Shown in pieces: positions 1 to 9,331 of a stretch of DNA of 32,000 nt; position 1 is the first letter of the stretch, and every line of letters begins with the position of its first letter. The notes beneath the pieces were generated by a model. The model saw only the letters and a list, made by a program, of their open reading frames with translations. It was not told the DNA's origin and made no database searches. The stretch lies in assembly GCA_964536865.1 (NCBI GenBank), contig CAZHYN010000002.1, positions 97,772 to 129,771 of the forward strand, written 5' to 3'. Source of the DNA: an uncultured Planctomycetia bacterium (lineage in GTDB: Bacteria; Omnitrophota; Gorgyraeia; Duberdicusellales; 4484-171). The translations under genes and the position numbers were made by a program.

Positions 1-185
1 TCATAAATGATTACCTCATCAAGATAAGGATTTCCCTCTAATATATCCTTAGTGTAAGGCCGGCACATAAAAGCAATCCAACTATTAGGAAAGGCTATTC
101 TTAAGTTCTTAATCACTGGCGTAGAAAGGACTACATCTCCAATTCTGTCTGTACGAACAATCAATATTTTTTTAACTCCTCTCAT
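1..185 (-). CDS. Glycosyltransferase family 9 (heptosyltransferase-like), N-terminal fragment; the gene runs off the window start
   Basis: Not in the ORF track because it is truncated. Manual minus-strand translation from the ATG at 185-183 gives MRGVKKILIVRTDRIGDVVLSTPVIKNLRIAFPNSWIAFMCRPYTKDILEGNPYLDEVIIYD, a typical GT9 N-terminus (ILIVR-x-D-x-IGD...TP). It overlaps the stop of the upstream gene by 14 nt. Confidence 0.7.
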   Translation of the reverse strand, partial: MRGVKKILIVRTDRIGDVVLSTPVIKNLRIAFPNSWIAFMCRPYTKDILEGNPYLDEVIIY

Positions 186-1101
186 AGGATAATAACTTTC
201 TTACTGCCTCTATTACTCTATGAGGGGAAATCTTCATGCAATCGGAATTATAGGGACAAATTGATCTTCCACAGGGAGAACACAATAGATTTTCATTACG
301 TAGAACTATAGATTTAGTAGACCAAGGACCGTAACGAAGAGAAGATGTGGGGCCAAAGATAGCAACGATAGGTAGATCAATATAACTGGCTAAATGAAGA
401 AGAGCGGAATCCACTCCTAAAAAAAGTATAGCATAGTTTTCTAAAAGAAAGAATACTTCACTCATTGTAGTTTTACCTACCAAATCTATAACTCCTCTTA
501 TTTTAAGAATGTCTTTATAAAACTCTCTATCTTCATTTCTCCCTACTATCACTGAAGGATAATCTTTAACTAAATCCATAATTACTTCCTTAAGGTATGG
601 GTAACGTTTAACAGCAGAGCGAGAGGAACAGCCCACGAATATCGAAGGAGGTATATTTTCTCGATGCCATTTTTCCTCCTCTTGGGGGGTTAATAAGAAA
701 CTACTCTTTTTAATAACTGTATTTTGGGAGGTAATTTTTCTCACTAAACTGAGATACTCATCTTTCATATGCATATCTTTGCAGGACTTCCTCCAAAACG
801 GTGTTCTCCTCCTAATCCCCAAAAGAAAAGGCAGGAGAGAGTTTTTAAAATCAATTATTAAATCATACTTGCCCTTTAGATCATAACAGAATCTCATCTT
901 CTCTCTTATTCTCCACCTTTTATCAAACACAGCAACATCATCGATAAAATTATTTCTCAGTAGAAACTCCTTAGTCTTAGGAGAAACTATGGCAGTAATC
1001 TTAGCTTGAGGATAGGAGGATTTAACTTTATCTAACACAGGGAGAGCTAAGATTGTATCTCCTAAATTAGTAGGAAAATTGAAAATTATTCTTTCAGGCA
1101 T
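172..1101 (-). CDS. Glycosyltransferase family 9 (ADP-heptose:LPS heptosyltransferase-like)
   Basis: 309 aa. GT9 N-terminus FPTNLGDTILALPVLDKVK and C-terminal DSALLHLASYIDLPIVAIFGPT (canonical D-[ST]-G-x-x-H-[LI]-A-x-A-x-x-x-P-x-[VI]-x-[LI]-[FY]-G-P-T). Lies in an LPS-core gene run and overlaps its neighbours. Confidence 0.85.
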   Translation of the reverse strand: MPERIIFNFPTNLGDTILALPVLDKVKSSYPQAKITAIVSPKTKEFLLRNNFIDDVAVFDKRWRIREKMRFCYDLKGKYDLIIDFKNSLLPFLLGIRRRTPFWRKSCKDMHMKDEYLSLVRKITSQNTVIKKSSFLLTPQEEEKWHRENIPPSIFVGCSSRSAVKRYPYLKEVIMDLVKDYPSVIVGRNEDREFYKDILKIRGVIDLVGKTTMSEVFFLLENYAILFLGVDSALLHLASYIDLPIVAIFGPTSSLRYGPWSTKSIVLRNENLLCSPCGRSICPYNSDCMKISPHRVIEAVRKLLSYERS

Positions 1102-2093
1102 TGGAGAATCTCTTTTGCCTCTCGGAAAACCTCCTCAGCAGATACATTCTTCATGCAAATATTATTCCTACAATTCAATTTAAAACAGGGGACTTTGCAT
1201 TCCTTATTCTTATAAATTAATCTAATCAATCCTTTACCTCGTGGTCCACTGATAGAAGGATGAGTAGGACCGAATATAGCTATGAGAGGAGTCCCCACAC
1301 TTGCAGCTAAGTGCATTATTCCAGTATCTGCAGAAATAAACAAATTAACTCTCTTTAAAACTGCTCCTAACTCTCTTAAGCTTGTTCTACCTACCAAAAG
1401 ATAAGGCTTGTTCTTCATTAGCTTCTTTATCTGGAAAGCTAAATCTAAATCATCTCTTGTGCCAGTAATTATAACCGAAGCATCTAACTCCTCTATTAAC
1501 TTATCCCCTAACTGAGCGAAATACTCTTTTGGCCACATCTTAAGGGCCCAGTTAGCCTTAGGATGGAGAACTACTTTTAATCTACTATTTAAAATAGACG
1601 AAGGAAGAATTGAACCTACTTGTTCGATTTCTTGAGGCAAGAGAAAAAATTCTGGTTCTTTCTTACTTACTTTGAGACCTATACTCTCTATCAAATTTAA
1701 ATAGTAATCCATCTTATGAGTACCTTTGGGGGGAAGGGAAATCTTCCTATTTATAAAAGTAATTTTTTTTGATTCGTATCCGTAAATATCTTTGATGTGT
1801 GCTAACTTACACATCAACGATTTAGTAAAGGAAGGTTTAAGTAGAAAGGCAGTATCAAACTCTTTCTTTGATATCCTCTTGGTAATTTTTAAATTAGAGA
1901 GCAAATCTCGGTGAGAAGAAAAAGTTATAATCTCGTCCACAAAAGGACTGTGGATAAAAATCTGCTCCACTCTTTTATGAATTAAAATACCTATCCAACA
2001 ATGAGGTTTATTTTCTTTTAAACTACGTAAGAGAGGGGTAGCCATAAGAGAATCTCCTATCCAGTTAGGTAGAAATACCAAAATCTTTTTCAT
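1086..2093 (-). CDS. Glycosyltransferase family 9 (heptosyltransferase, WaaF/WaaC-like)
   Basis: 335 aa. MKKILVFLPNWIGDSLMATPLLRSLK N-terminus and DTGIMHLAASVGTPLIAIFGPT C-terminal GT9 signature. Confidence 0.85.
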   Translation of the reverse strand: MKKILVFLPNWIGDSLMATPLLRSLKENKPHCWIGILIHKRVEQIFIHSPFVDEIITFSSHRDLLSNLKITKRISKKEFDTAFLLKPSFTKSLMCKLAHIKDIYGYESKKITFINRKISLPPKGTHKMDYYLNLIESIGLKVSKKEPEFFLLPQEIEQVGSILPSSILNSRLKVVLHPKANWALKMWPKEYFAQLGDKLIEELDASVIITGTRDDLDLAFQIKKLMKNKPYLLVGRTSLRELGAVLKRVNLFISADTGIMHLAASVGTPLIAIFGPTHPSISGPRGKGLIRLIYKNKECKVPCFKLNCRNNICMKNVSAEEVFREAKEILQCLKE

Positions 2094-2095
2094 AC

Positions 2096-3193
2096 TTAAT
2101 TACTGTGGATTAAAACCTCCTCATATACCTGATAAGTAGACTCCCCCATCCTCTCTAAACTAAATCTCTCCTCCACCCTCTTTTTAGCGTTAGCTACCAT
2201 CCGCCTCCTTAAATCGTTATCCTCTAAAAGAAGTTCGATAGCCTCTAAGATTTCTTTAGAATCACTCCTCTTTAAAACGACACCTGTTACTCTATTTTCT
2301 ACTATCTCCTTTAAAGCGCCAGAATTTGTTACTATTACAGGGATACCCACATACTGAGCTTCAACAACTGAAAATCCAAAAGGCTCTCCCTCACTTAAGG
2401 AGAGGAAAATATCTAAATTTCTCAATACTACTAAAGACGACAGTTTCTTTAAAAAGACAACTCTATTATCTACACCTAAATTCTTACTCATTTCCTTTAA
2501 TTTTGCCTCTTCTTTCCCCTCTCCTAAAATTAAAGTAACTGCCTTAGGATACTTCTTCAGAATAAGAGGCATAGTTTGGATAAGCAAAGAAATATTCTTT
2601 TCTGGAGCCAAGCGAGATATCATCCCTATAACAGGATAACCATTAAAGCCTACAGGTAAGACCTCTTCCTTAATAGAATTATCTATTTGAGAAAAAGAAT
2701 TGATATCAATACCGTTATAAATTACTCGTACTTTCTTAGGATCAATCTTAAGATTTCTGATTAAGTGGTCTTTTACATAATTACTCACTGCTATGGTTCT
2801 TAACCCTGCGAAGGGAAATAGTCTTCTAAATAGATGGGGTCGATAACATCCATGGAAAGTGGATACATAAGGAATTTTTCTAGTTGCCCATAAACGATGA
2901 GCTAAAGATTGAGTTACTCTAGTGTTAGCATGAATAATGTCTACTTTCCTCTTTTTAAGAAATCTACTTAATATGTGAAACGATTTAGCTATCTTAGGAG
3001 AAAGAATAGACTTTGTAGCTATAGGAAGGTTTAAGACTACCGTATTACTTACTCCTACCAACTTTTTCTCCCATTCTCCTCCACTGGTTGCTACAATAAC
3101 AAAATTCTTCCTTGCTAAAAATTTCGCTAAATTTATTACATAGCGGGGGATACCTCCCACATTAAGATGAGTAGTAAGAAGGAGAATCCTCAT
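2096..3193 (-). CDS. Glycosyltransferase family 4 (GT-B, Glycos_transf_1 type)
   Basis: 365 aa. N-terminal GGIPRYV sugar-transferase motif and C-terminal EGEPFGFSVVEAQYVGIPVIVTNSGALKEIV (E-x7-E type GT4 motif). Confidence 0.85.
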   Translation of the reverse strand: MRILLLTTHLNVGGIPRYVINLAKFLARKNFVIVATSGGEWEKKLVGVSNTVVLNLPIATKSILSPKIAKSFHILSRFLKKRKVDIIHANTRVTQSLAHRLWATRKIPYVSTFHGCYRPHLFRRLFPFAGLRTIAVSNYVKDHLIRNLKIDPKKVRVIYNGIDINSFSQIDNSIKEEVLPVGFNGYPVIGMISRLAPEKNISLLIQTMPLILKKYPKAVTLILGEGKEEAKLKEMSKNLGVDNRVVFLKKLSSLVVLRNLDIFLSLSEGEPFGFSVVEAQYVGIPVIVTNSGALKEIVENRVTGVVLKRSDSKEILEAIELLLEDNDLRRRMVANAKKRVEERFSLERMGESTYQVYEEVLIHSN

Positions 3194-5241
3194 CTTTCTA
3201 TAATCTCTTTGATCTTCCTAAAAACTTCTTGGGGGCTAATACTTTTCATACAAGTATTTAACCGGCACCTTGGCTTATAACAGAAGGAGCAAGGAAGTTG
3301 TTTATATAATACATAAAGATTTCTGCTCTCTACTATATGACGTTTAGGATCGGTAGGACCAAATAGAGCGACAGTCTCTACTCCTAATGCTGCAGAAATA
3401 TGCAGAGTAGCAGTATCTTGACATACAAACACTTTAAGGATACTTAAGAGTACTATTAGTTCTTTTAGATTGGTCTTGCCACAGAGATTGATAACTCCAT
3501 CTTTAAAGTTTTTTCTTATATGATTTGCTGCTTCCCTGCTATGAGAATCTCCTACTAAAACTATCTTATAAGAAGGGAATTCTTTCCTTATAAATTCTAT
3601 AAGTTTAATAATATTCACTATAGGCCAGTTCTTTGTCTTCCATCTCACCGAAGCAGAAACACTTATCCCAATCAAATTTTTCTCTCCGGATAACCCTAAC
3701 TTCTCTATAGAGGTAAGGGATGGCTTCTTCATAATCAATTTTCTTTCCTTTATCTCGATCCCCAATAACCGTAAGATTCTATTTTGTGACTGAAGAGGGT
3801 TGATTCTTTCTTTGGGAAACTTTACCGAGGATGTAAGAAGAAAACCAAGCTTACGGGAGAAACCGAAAGACTTCTGAGGAAAACTTAAAAAAGCAATAAG
3901 ATGTGTAGCTAGATTATTCTGCAAATCTATTATATAATCAAAACTCTCTCTCCGTAAACTATTAGAAATTTTAATAATCCTCTTCATCTTCTTATAATCT
4001 CTATCTATCCCTATTACCTTATCCACAAAGGGAAACTCATAAAACAGAGAAGCATATTTTTTTAAAGTCAAAACTACCAGTTTACTTTTAGGAAAACTCT
4101 CCTTTATCGCCTTAAGTGAAGGAATAGCTAACACTACATCACCCAAGGAAGAAACTTTTATAACTAAAATTCTTTTAAACTCTATAGCTTCTCGGTAAGT
4201 CTGAAGAATTTTACTATAACAGTTTTGGAGGGTATAAAGCGTTTCTACTTTCTTGCGCCCATTATAAGCCAGCTTCCTTGCTAAAGATGGATTATCTATC
4301 AGAGTTAAAATAGCTTCCTTTATCTGGTTGGAATCACCAGGTAAAACTAAAATGCCGTTTTTTTTATCTTCTACAATTTCCTCCAGAGCACCTACCTTGG
4401 TAGCAATTACTGGAACTCCACTAGCAAATGCTTCTACCACCACCCTCCCAAAAGACTCCTTAGCAACGGAAGGAACTACCATAAGAGAGGCTTTTTCTAA
4501 TATTCTCTCTACGTTAGACTGATACCCCAAAAATTCCACATGATAATCTAAAGATAAGCGTCTCACTAAATTCTTTAAATACTCAAAGTAATTCCATTTA
4601 GACTTCTCCGCCTCTCCTACGATAAGAAGATTCAGATAAGGTTTCACTCTTATAACCTTATGAAATGCCTGAATAAGATACTCAAAGCCCTTAGAGGGAG
4701 ATATTCTTCCTATACTTACTATTATATTGGAAGCTAACCTCTGAGAAGGATCTTTAAAAGTAAATCGAGATAGATCTACCCAACGACTGATTATTCTAAT
4801 TTTTTCTTCACTGACACCGAAATTTTTCATCATATGACGAGCAATCACCTTGGAAGGACATATAACAAATTTACCCCACCCCATTACCTTACTAAATGTA
4901 TGTTTAGAATAGGCTCCATGAGCAGTAGTGATAAAGGGAATATCTCTCCCTCGAGTAGCAAAAAAAGTAACCCATGCAGGAACACGAGAGCGAGCATGAA
5001 CTATCTCTGCCTTCTCTTGCTGAATAATTTTTCTCACTTTTCTTATCAGCCGAAGAGTAAGAGGGGATTTTTTATGTATGGGAAGATTATAGCAAGTTAC
5101 TCCTTCTTCTTTTAATTTTGCGATTAGCCTTCCTCCCCCAGAAATAACTACCATCTCCTCCTTAAAATACTTAGCTAAATCTAAAACTCCTCGTTCCACT
5201 CCTCCTAAATCCATTTTGGGAAGAACTTGAATAACCTTCAT
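3190..5241 (-). CDS. Two-domain glycosyltransferase: N-terminal GT4 fused to C-terminal GT9 (heptosyltransferase-like)
   Basis: 683 aa. Residues ~1-350 have GT4 motifs (GGVERGV; ESFGRVVVEAFASGVPVIATKVGALEEIV). Residues ~355-683 have GT9 motifs (ILVIKVSSLGDVVLAIPSLKAIKE; DTATLHISAALGVETVALFGPT). ATGA overlap with the downstream gene. Confidence 0.85.
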   Translation of the reverse strand: MKVIQVLPKMDLGGVERGVLDLAKYFKEEMVVISGGGRLIAKLKEEGVTCYNLPIHKKSPLTLRLIRKVRKIIQQEKAEIVHARSRVPAWVTFFATRGRDIPFITTAHGAYSKHTFSKVMGWGKFVICPSKVIARHMMKNFGVSEEKIRIISRWVDLSRFTFKDPSQRLASNIIVSIGRISPSKGFEYLIQAFHKVIRVKPYLNLLIVGEAEKSKWNYFEYLKNLVRRLSLDYHVEFLGYQSNVERILEKASLMVVPSVAKESFGRVVVEAFASGVPVIATKVGALEEIVEDKKNGILVLPGDSNQIKEAILTLIDNPSLARKLAYNGRKKVETLYTLQNCYSKILQTYREAIEFKRILVIKVSSLGDVVLAIPSLKAIKESFPKSKLVVLTLKKYASLFYEFPFVDKVIGIDRDYKKMKRIIKISNSLRRESFDYIIDLQNNLATHLIAFLSFPQKSFGFSRKLGFLLTSSVKFPKERINPLQSQNRILRLLGIEIKERKLIMKKPSLTSIEKLGLSGEKNLIGISVSASVRWKTKNWPIVNIIKLIEFIRKEFPSYKIVLVGDSHSREAANHIRKNFKDGVINLCGKTNLKELIVLLSILKVFVCQDTATLHISAALGVETVALFGPTDPKRHIVESRNLYVLYKQLPCSFCYKPRCRLNTCMKSISPQEVFRKIKEIIER

Positions 5242-5242
5242 C

Positions 5243-7051
5243 TTAAAGAAGCACCTCTTTTGCTTTCTGTAGTTGAGAGTAATTATACTCCCATAAACTT
5301 TTCTGAGGAGCTTGAAAAGTAAAATTATTGTAAGGAAAAACTAAAAAGTTTAGAAAATCATCCTTTAAAGAATTCAAAAAATTTAGATGACGGGATCTCA
5401 TCTTCTCCAGAAGAACACTCACTGTAAGTTTACCTATACTAAGGCTCTCAGAAATCATGGAAACACTATCGCTAGAGACAAAAACAATCTCACTTAAAGA
5501 AACAAACGTTTCCATTATAAAAGGATAATTTTTTTCTCTAACTACTATTAAAGACTCTAAATTAGGAAAGTTAGCTAAACTCTCTCTAATTATCTTCTCT
5601 ACAGAAAGAGAAGTACGTCTTGAAGTAGAAACAAGTAGTTTATAGCCTTCAGTAAAGGAGAACTCTTTTAACCTACTCAGAAAAATTTTCAAATTCTCAC
5701 AGAACTCCTCCTCTCTATGAAGAAAATTTCCTAAGAACAAAGAAATTTTCTTACACTCTCCTAAATTAAGAAATCTTTTGCCTTCCTCCACTTTTTTTTG
5801 AAGATCCTTAAAATGCGTTAATGCTCCTTTTATCTGCACTACATTCTTTCCTCTAACTCCATCATGATGAGGGACTATAACTAAATCGAATTTAGAAAGA
5901 GCTACATTGGGTTTTAAAATGCAACATGACTTTGCTCCTAAACTTTTAGAATAAATAGCACATACCGGAGCACACAAAGAACCAGCACTCACTACTAAAT
6001 CAAAAAAATTCTTCGACATAAACTCAGCAGTGTAGGAATCAAGAAAAAGTTTTAGACATCTACCACATCCTAAGCAATTCTTTGTTGAGAAAAAAGCAAA
6101 AATTTCTGCTAATAATCTGGCAAATCTATTTTTGTAATTTATCTCCAATATATCTTTTTCTATAGAATAAGGAAGCTCCTCAAGCACATCTACCAAACTT
6201 AAAGACTGCTTAAGGTGACCGACCTTCCCATCGGTAAGAATGAGAATTCTCCTCTTCTTTTTTCTCTTAAACCTTTTATACCACCAAAGATAGGACCAAG
6301 GGTAAGAAGTTAAGAAATCTTCAAAAACTTCGTTTATTTCTCTTAATATTTCTCTACTCTCCCTTCCTTCACAATCTATAGGCTTCTCTATAATTCCTAT
6401 ATGATAGTTACCTTCTCTATATCCAAAAGCAGGATAAATTTTTCTTCCAAATTTCTTAGCTAAATACACTGCCCCCCCAGGAGTAGGAACAGGGATATTA
6501 AAAAAATCTACAATCTCAGAATTTTTCTCTGCTCCATGATCCGCTACCATCCCTACCCACCAGTTTTTTTTAAGTAGTTTTACAACTTCTTTTAAAGAAG
6601 TGCATATCTTTAAACTACTCTTCTCTCTAAGTTCATTTAAAAATTTATTCATAGCAGGGTTTCTCTGCTCTCTAACAAAGATAGCGTATTTAAACCTGTC
6701 TGCTAAACAACTATTATAAAGCTCCCAACTCCCCTCATGGATGCCTACTAAAATATTTCCCCAAGGAGGCAAAGCTTCTCGGAATTGAATGCGAACTCTA
6801 TTTTTTAATCTATCTACGATAAGTGTTTCTATAAAACTTATCCCAAAAGAGATAAAACTCTTTCTGATGATGGAAAATATAGACTTATTAGTTTTTTTAG
6901 GAAATACTTGCTTTAAGTTTATAAAGGCAATTCTCTTTTTTTTCTTATCAAAGTAGTAAAATCCTAACCCTACTACTTTCCCTAAGGCCAAAGAAAGAGA
7001 TAGAGGTAATAATCTAACCAACCTATAGACTAACCTTATCAGTAAGTACAT
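5243..7051 (-). CDS. Lipid A late acyltransferase (LpxL/HtrB family) fused to an ELM1/DUF1022-family domain
   Basis: 602 aa. The N-terminal ~265 aa have a membrane anchor and HEGSWE (the H-x4-E motif of the LpxL/LpxM family). The C-terminal ~330 aa start RRILILTDGKVGHLKQSLSLVDVL and contain FDLVIVPHHD and LLVSTSRRTS, which I recognise as hallmarks of bacterial ELM1-family (PF06258-like) proteins. Confidence 0.8.
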   Translation of the reverse strand: MYLLIRLVYRLVRLLPLSLSLALGKVVGLGFYYFDKKKKRIAFINLKQVFPKKTNKSIFSIIRKSFISFGISFIETLIVDRLKNRVRIQFREALPPWGNILVGIHEGSWELYNSCLADRFKYAIFVREQRNPAMNKFLNELREKSSLKICTSLKEVVKLLKKNWWVGMVADHGAEKNSEIVDFFNIPVPTPGGAVYLAKKFGRKIYPAFGYREGNYHIGIIEKPIDCEGRESREILREINEVFEDFLTSYPWSYLWWYKRFKRKKKRRILILTDGKVGHLKQSLSLVDVLEELPYSIEKDILEINYKNRFARLLAEIFAFFSTKNCLGCGRCLKLFLDSYTAEFMSKNFFDLVVSAGSLCAPVCAIYSKSLGAKSCCILKPNVALSKFDLVIVPHHDGVRGKNVVQIKGALTHFKDLQKKVEEGKRFLNLGECKKISLFLGNFLHREEEFCENLKIFLSRLKEFSFTEGYKLLVSTSRRTSLSVEKIIRESLANFPNLESLIVVREKNYPFIMETFVSLSEIVFVSSDSVSMISESLSIGKLTVSVLLEKMRSRHLNFLNSLKDDFLNFLVFPYNNFTFQAPQKSLWEYNYSQLQKAKEVLL

Positions 7052-8054
7052 CTTCTATATACCTTAAGAATTTGCCCTCCTCCAAGATTTTTAACTCTAC
7101 CCAGAAGATAAAGTAGTTAAGATTTGCTCTTGTGAAATCTAAATGGTAGTAATCTTTATAAGTAATTATTATATCTTCTATCCCTTCTTTTATGAAGGAT
7201 TCTTCAAGAAGAGCAATCTCCTCAGGGCTAAAACAGTAGTGGTCAGGAAAAATTTCTACCTTCCCTATCCAGAGCTTCCTATTTGTAAGCTTCTCCAAAA
7301 ATCCTTGAGGATATCCGGTAGCAGTCAAGACACCCAGCTTTCTACCTCTAAAGTAATCTAAACTAATCAATTTTTTATCTTTATCTAAAAATCCCTTAAA
7401 TACATAATCAGCAAAAAAAACTTTTAGTTTGCTATTTACCCTTAACACCTTCTCCCTATAAGAATCACAAAGTTTAGCTCCACTATAGGTAATAACCACT
7501 ATATCTGCCCTCCTTAAAGAAGTTAGAGATTCACGAAAATAGGAAGCCGGCAAAAGGTATTTACTTCTTGCCAGCTCATCTTTTCTTATAACAACGATAT
7601 CCAAATCCCGGTCTAACCTTCTGTATTGAAAAGCGTCATCAAGAATAAAGAGATCGAAATTATTAGCAAGTCTCCTAATAAGACTGATTCTGTTTTTACC
7701 ATCAAAAACCTTTTTTAAGTTATCTTTAAGAAGACGATATTCATCCTCAGCATATCCTTTAGTAATTACAGCTACCCTAAATTTAGAGGCTAGCTTGCGG
7801 AAAAGATAAATTGCCAAAGAGGTCTTGCCTGACCCTCCCCAACAGATGTTCCCTATGCTAATTACTTTTTTATTTAAGCGATAAACCTTAAGAATACGTT
7901 TATCGTAAAGAAAGTTCCTCAAACTCACTATCATACCAAAAAGATAAGAACTAATTAACAGAAAGAAAAAAAGAATATTTTCTAACCAATTCTTTTTCTC
8001 TTTCTCCAGAAAAGTTAAGTACCACCTTTTTATACCTAAAGAATAAGAGTTCAT
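7023..8054 (-). CDS. lpxK: Tetraacyldisaccharide 4'-kinase
   Basis: 343 aa. N-terminal membrane helix and P-loop GNICWGGSGKTSLAIYL (canonical GN-x3-GG-x-GKT). Sits between waaA and an lpxL-like gene. Confidence 0.85.
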   Translation of the reverse strand: MNSYSLGIKRWYLTFLEKEKKNWLENILFFFLLISSYLFGMIVSLRNFLYDKRILKVYRLNKKVISIGNICWGGSGKTSLAIYLFRKLASKFRVAVITKGYAEDEYRLLKDNLKKVFDGKNRISLIRRLANNFDLFILDDAFQYRRLDRDLDIVVIRKDELARSKYLLPASYFRESLTSLRRADIVVITYSGAKLCDSYREKVLRVNSKLKVFFADYVFKGFLDKDKKLISLDYFRGRKLGVLTATGYPQGFLEKLTNRKLWIGKVEIFPDHYCFSPEEIALLEESFIKEGIEDIIITYKDYYHLDFTRANLNYFIFWVELKILEEGKFLRYIEDVLTDKVSL

Positions 8055-9331
8055 AAGTAGGTGCTGATAATATCTATATTCCTTTTTAATATAGCTTCCC
8101 CTTCTTCAAATACTCGAGAAGCTCTCAAAGAAAGTTCCTCTCTTGCTCCAGAATCACTAATTAACTTCTCTAAAATTTCCCTTAATTCCTTTTTGTCTTT
8201 AACTTTTATTCCTGCTTTCTTCTCTAATACTACTTCTTCAATTTCTTTAAAGTTTTCCATATAGGGACCAAAGAGGGTGGGTCTCAAAAAATACAGAGGC
8301 TCTAAAATATTATGTCCCCCAAATTTTACCCAACTGCCTCCCACCAGACATATATCGGCTAAGCTATAGAAGTAGAATAGTTCTCCTATAGTATCTAAAA
8401 TATAAATACTTGGTGGCTGAAGATTTCCCCATCCCCCTCTGGTTACTCTCTGAGGCAGAAATCCCTTTGACTCTATCGTCTTCTCCAGCAAAGGTATTCT
8501 CTGTAAGTGCCTAGGTCCAATGAGCAACTTTAGATTGGGAAATTTTTCTAGCAGCTGTTGGTAAACTTCTATAATCATTTCTTCCTCCCCCGGATGGGTG
8601 CTACCCGCTACTAAAAGCATCTCCCCTTTCTTCTTTAGCTTGCTATACTTTAGATAGAAGTCATCTAAATCTTTTTTCTCAGCATATAAACTGGCTAATT
8701 TTAAATTTCCTACAACAGAAACTTTCTCTTCTTCCATCCCTAAAGACAAAAACCTCTCTCGAGAAATATTATCCTTAACTCCTACATAATCTATCAATGA
8801 AAAAATCTTCTTCATAAAAAACTTAACTTTCTTATAGTAAGAGAAAGCTTTCTCAGAAATTCTTCCATTAATAATTAATATCTTAGTTCCCCTTCTTTTT
8901 AAATGATAGTAAAGATTAGGCCAAATCTCTGTCTCCACAGCAATAAAGATTTTGGGCTTAAATAAGTTGAGTGCTCTTAAGAGCGAGAAGGTAAAATCAA
9001 AGGGGAAATAAACTACAGCAAGATTAGGGTAAAATTTTTTAGCTACTCTCTTCCCTGTCAAAGTAGTTGTGGTAATAAGAATTGTGTAGTTTTTTAACCC
9101 TAATTCTTTAATTAATCTCCGCACAAGTAAAACCTCTCCTACACTTACAGCTTGAATCCAGATGGAAGCACCAGTTTGAGCAAATAGGCTCCTTATCTGG
9201 CTTGAGTAAAAGGTAAATTTCTCCAACAAACCTTCCCAGTCAACTTTCTTTTTATAAATATAGGGAAAGAGATTGACAACTAATCCTACCAGAAGAAGAA
9301 TCTCGTAAACTGCAACTAAAAATACCATCAT
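8051..9331 (-). CDS. waaA: 3-deoxy-D-manno-octulosonic acid (Kdo) transferase
   Basis: 426 aa. N-terminal anchor, WIQAVSVGE (canonical H/Q-x-x-S-x-GE) and VETEIWPNL motifs, plus a C-terminal GT-B half GGSWVKFGGHNILEP. Confidence 0.9.
   Translation of the reverse strand: MMVFLVAVYEILLLVGLVVNLFPYIYKKKVDWEGLLEKFTFYSSQIRSLFAQTGASIWIQAVSVGEVLLVRRLIKELGLKNYTILITTTTLTGKRVAKKFYPNLAVVYFPFDFTFSLLRALNLFKPKIFIAVETEIWPNLYYHLKRRGTKILIINGRISEKAFSYYKKVKFFMKKIFSLIDYVGVKDNISRERFLSLGMEEEKVSVVGNLKLASLYAEKKDLDDFYLKYSKLKKKGEMLLVAGSTHPGEEEMIIEVYQQLLEKFPNLKLLIGPRHLQRIPLLEKTIESKGFLPQRVTRGGWGNLQPPSIYILDTIGELFYFYSLADICLVGGSWVKFGGHNILEPLYFLRPTLFGPYMENFKEIEEVVLEKKAGIKVKDKKELREILEKLISDSGAREELSLRASRVFEEGEAILKRNIDIISTYL

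Noticed and set aside
2326-2538. The 60-93-aa ORFs in the track that lie antisense to, or out of frame within, well-supported genes (2326-2538, 4328-4522, 4834-5115, 7143-7361, 8061-8264, 11336-11536, 13595-13855, 14053-14277, 14840-15043, 16761-16979, 16991-17200, 18674-18931, 21113-21316, 23457-23660, 24063-24299, 24708-24914, 25714-25926, 29656-29934, 31246-31506)
   Set aside because: All are embedded in genes with clear family motifs. They have low-complexity, Ser/Leu/Phe-rich translations typical of shadow frames in AT-rich DNA, and I found no family match and saw no evident RBS.
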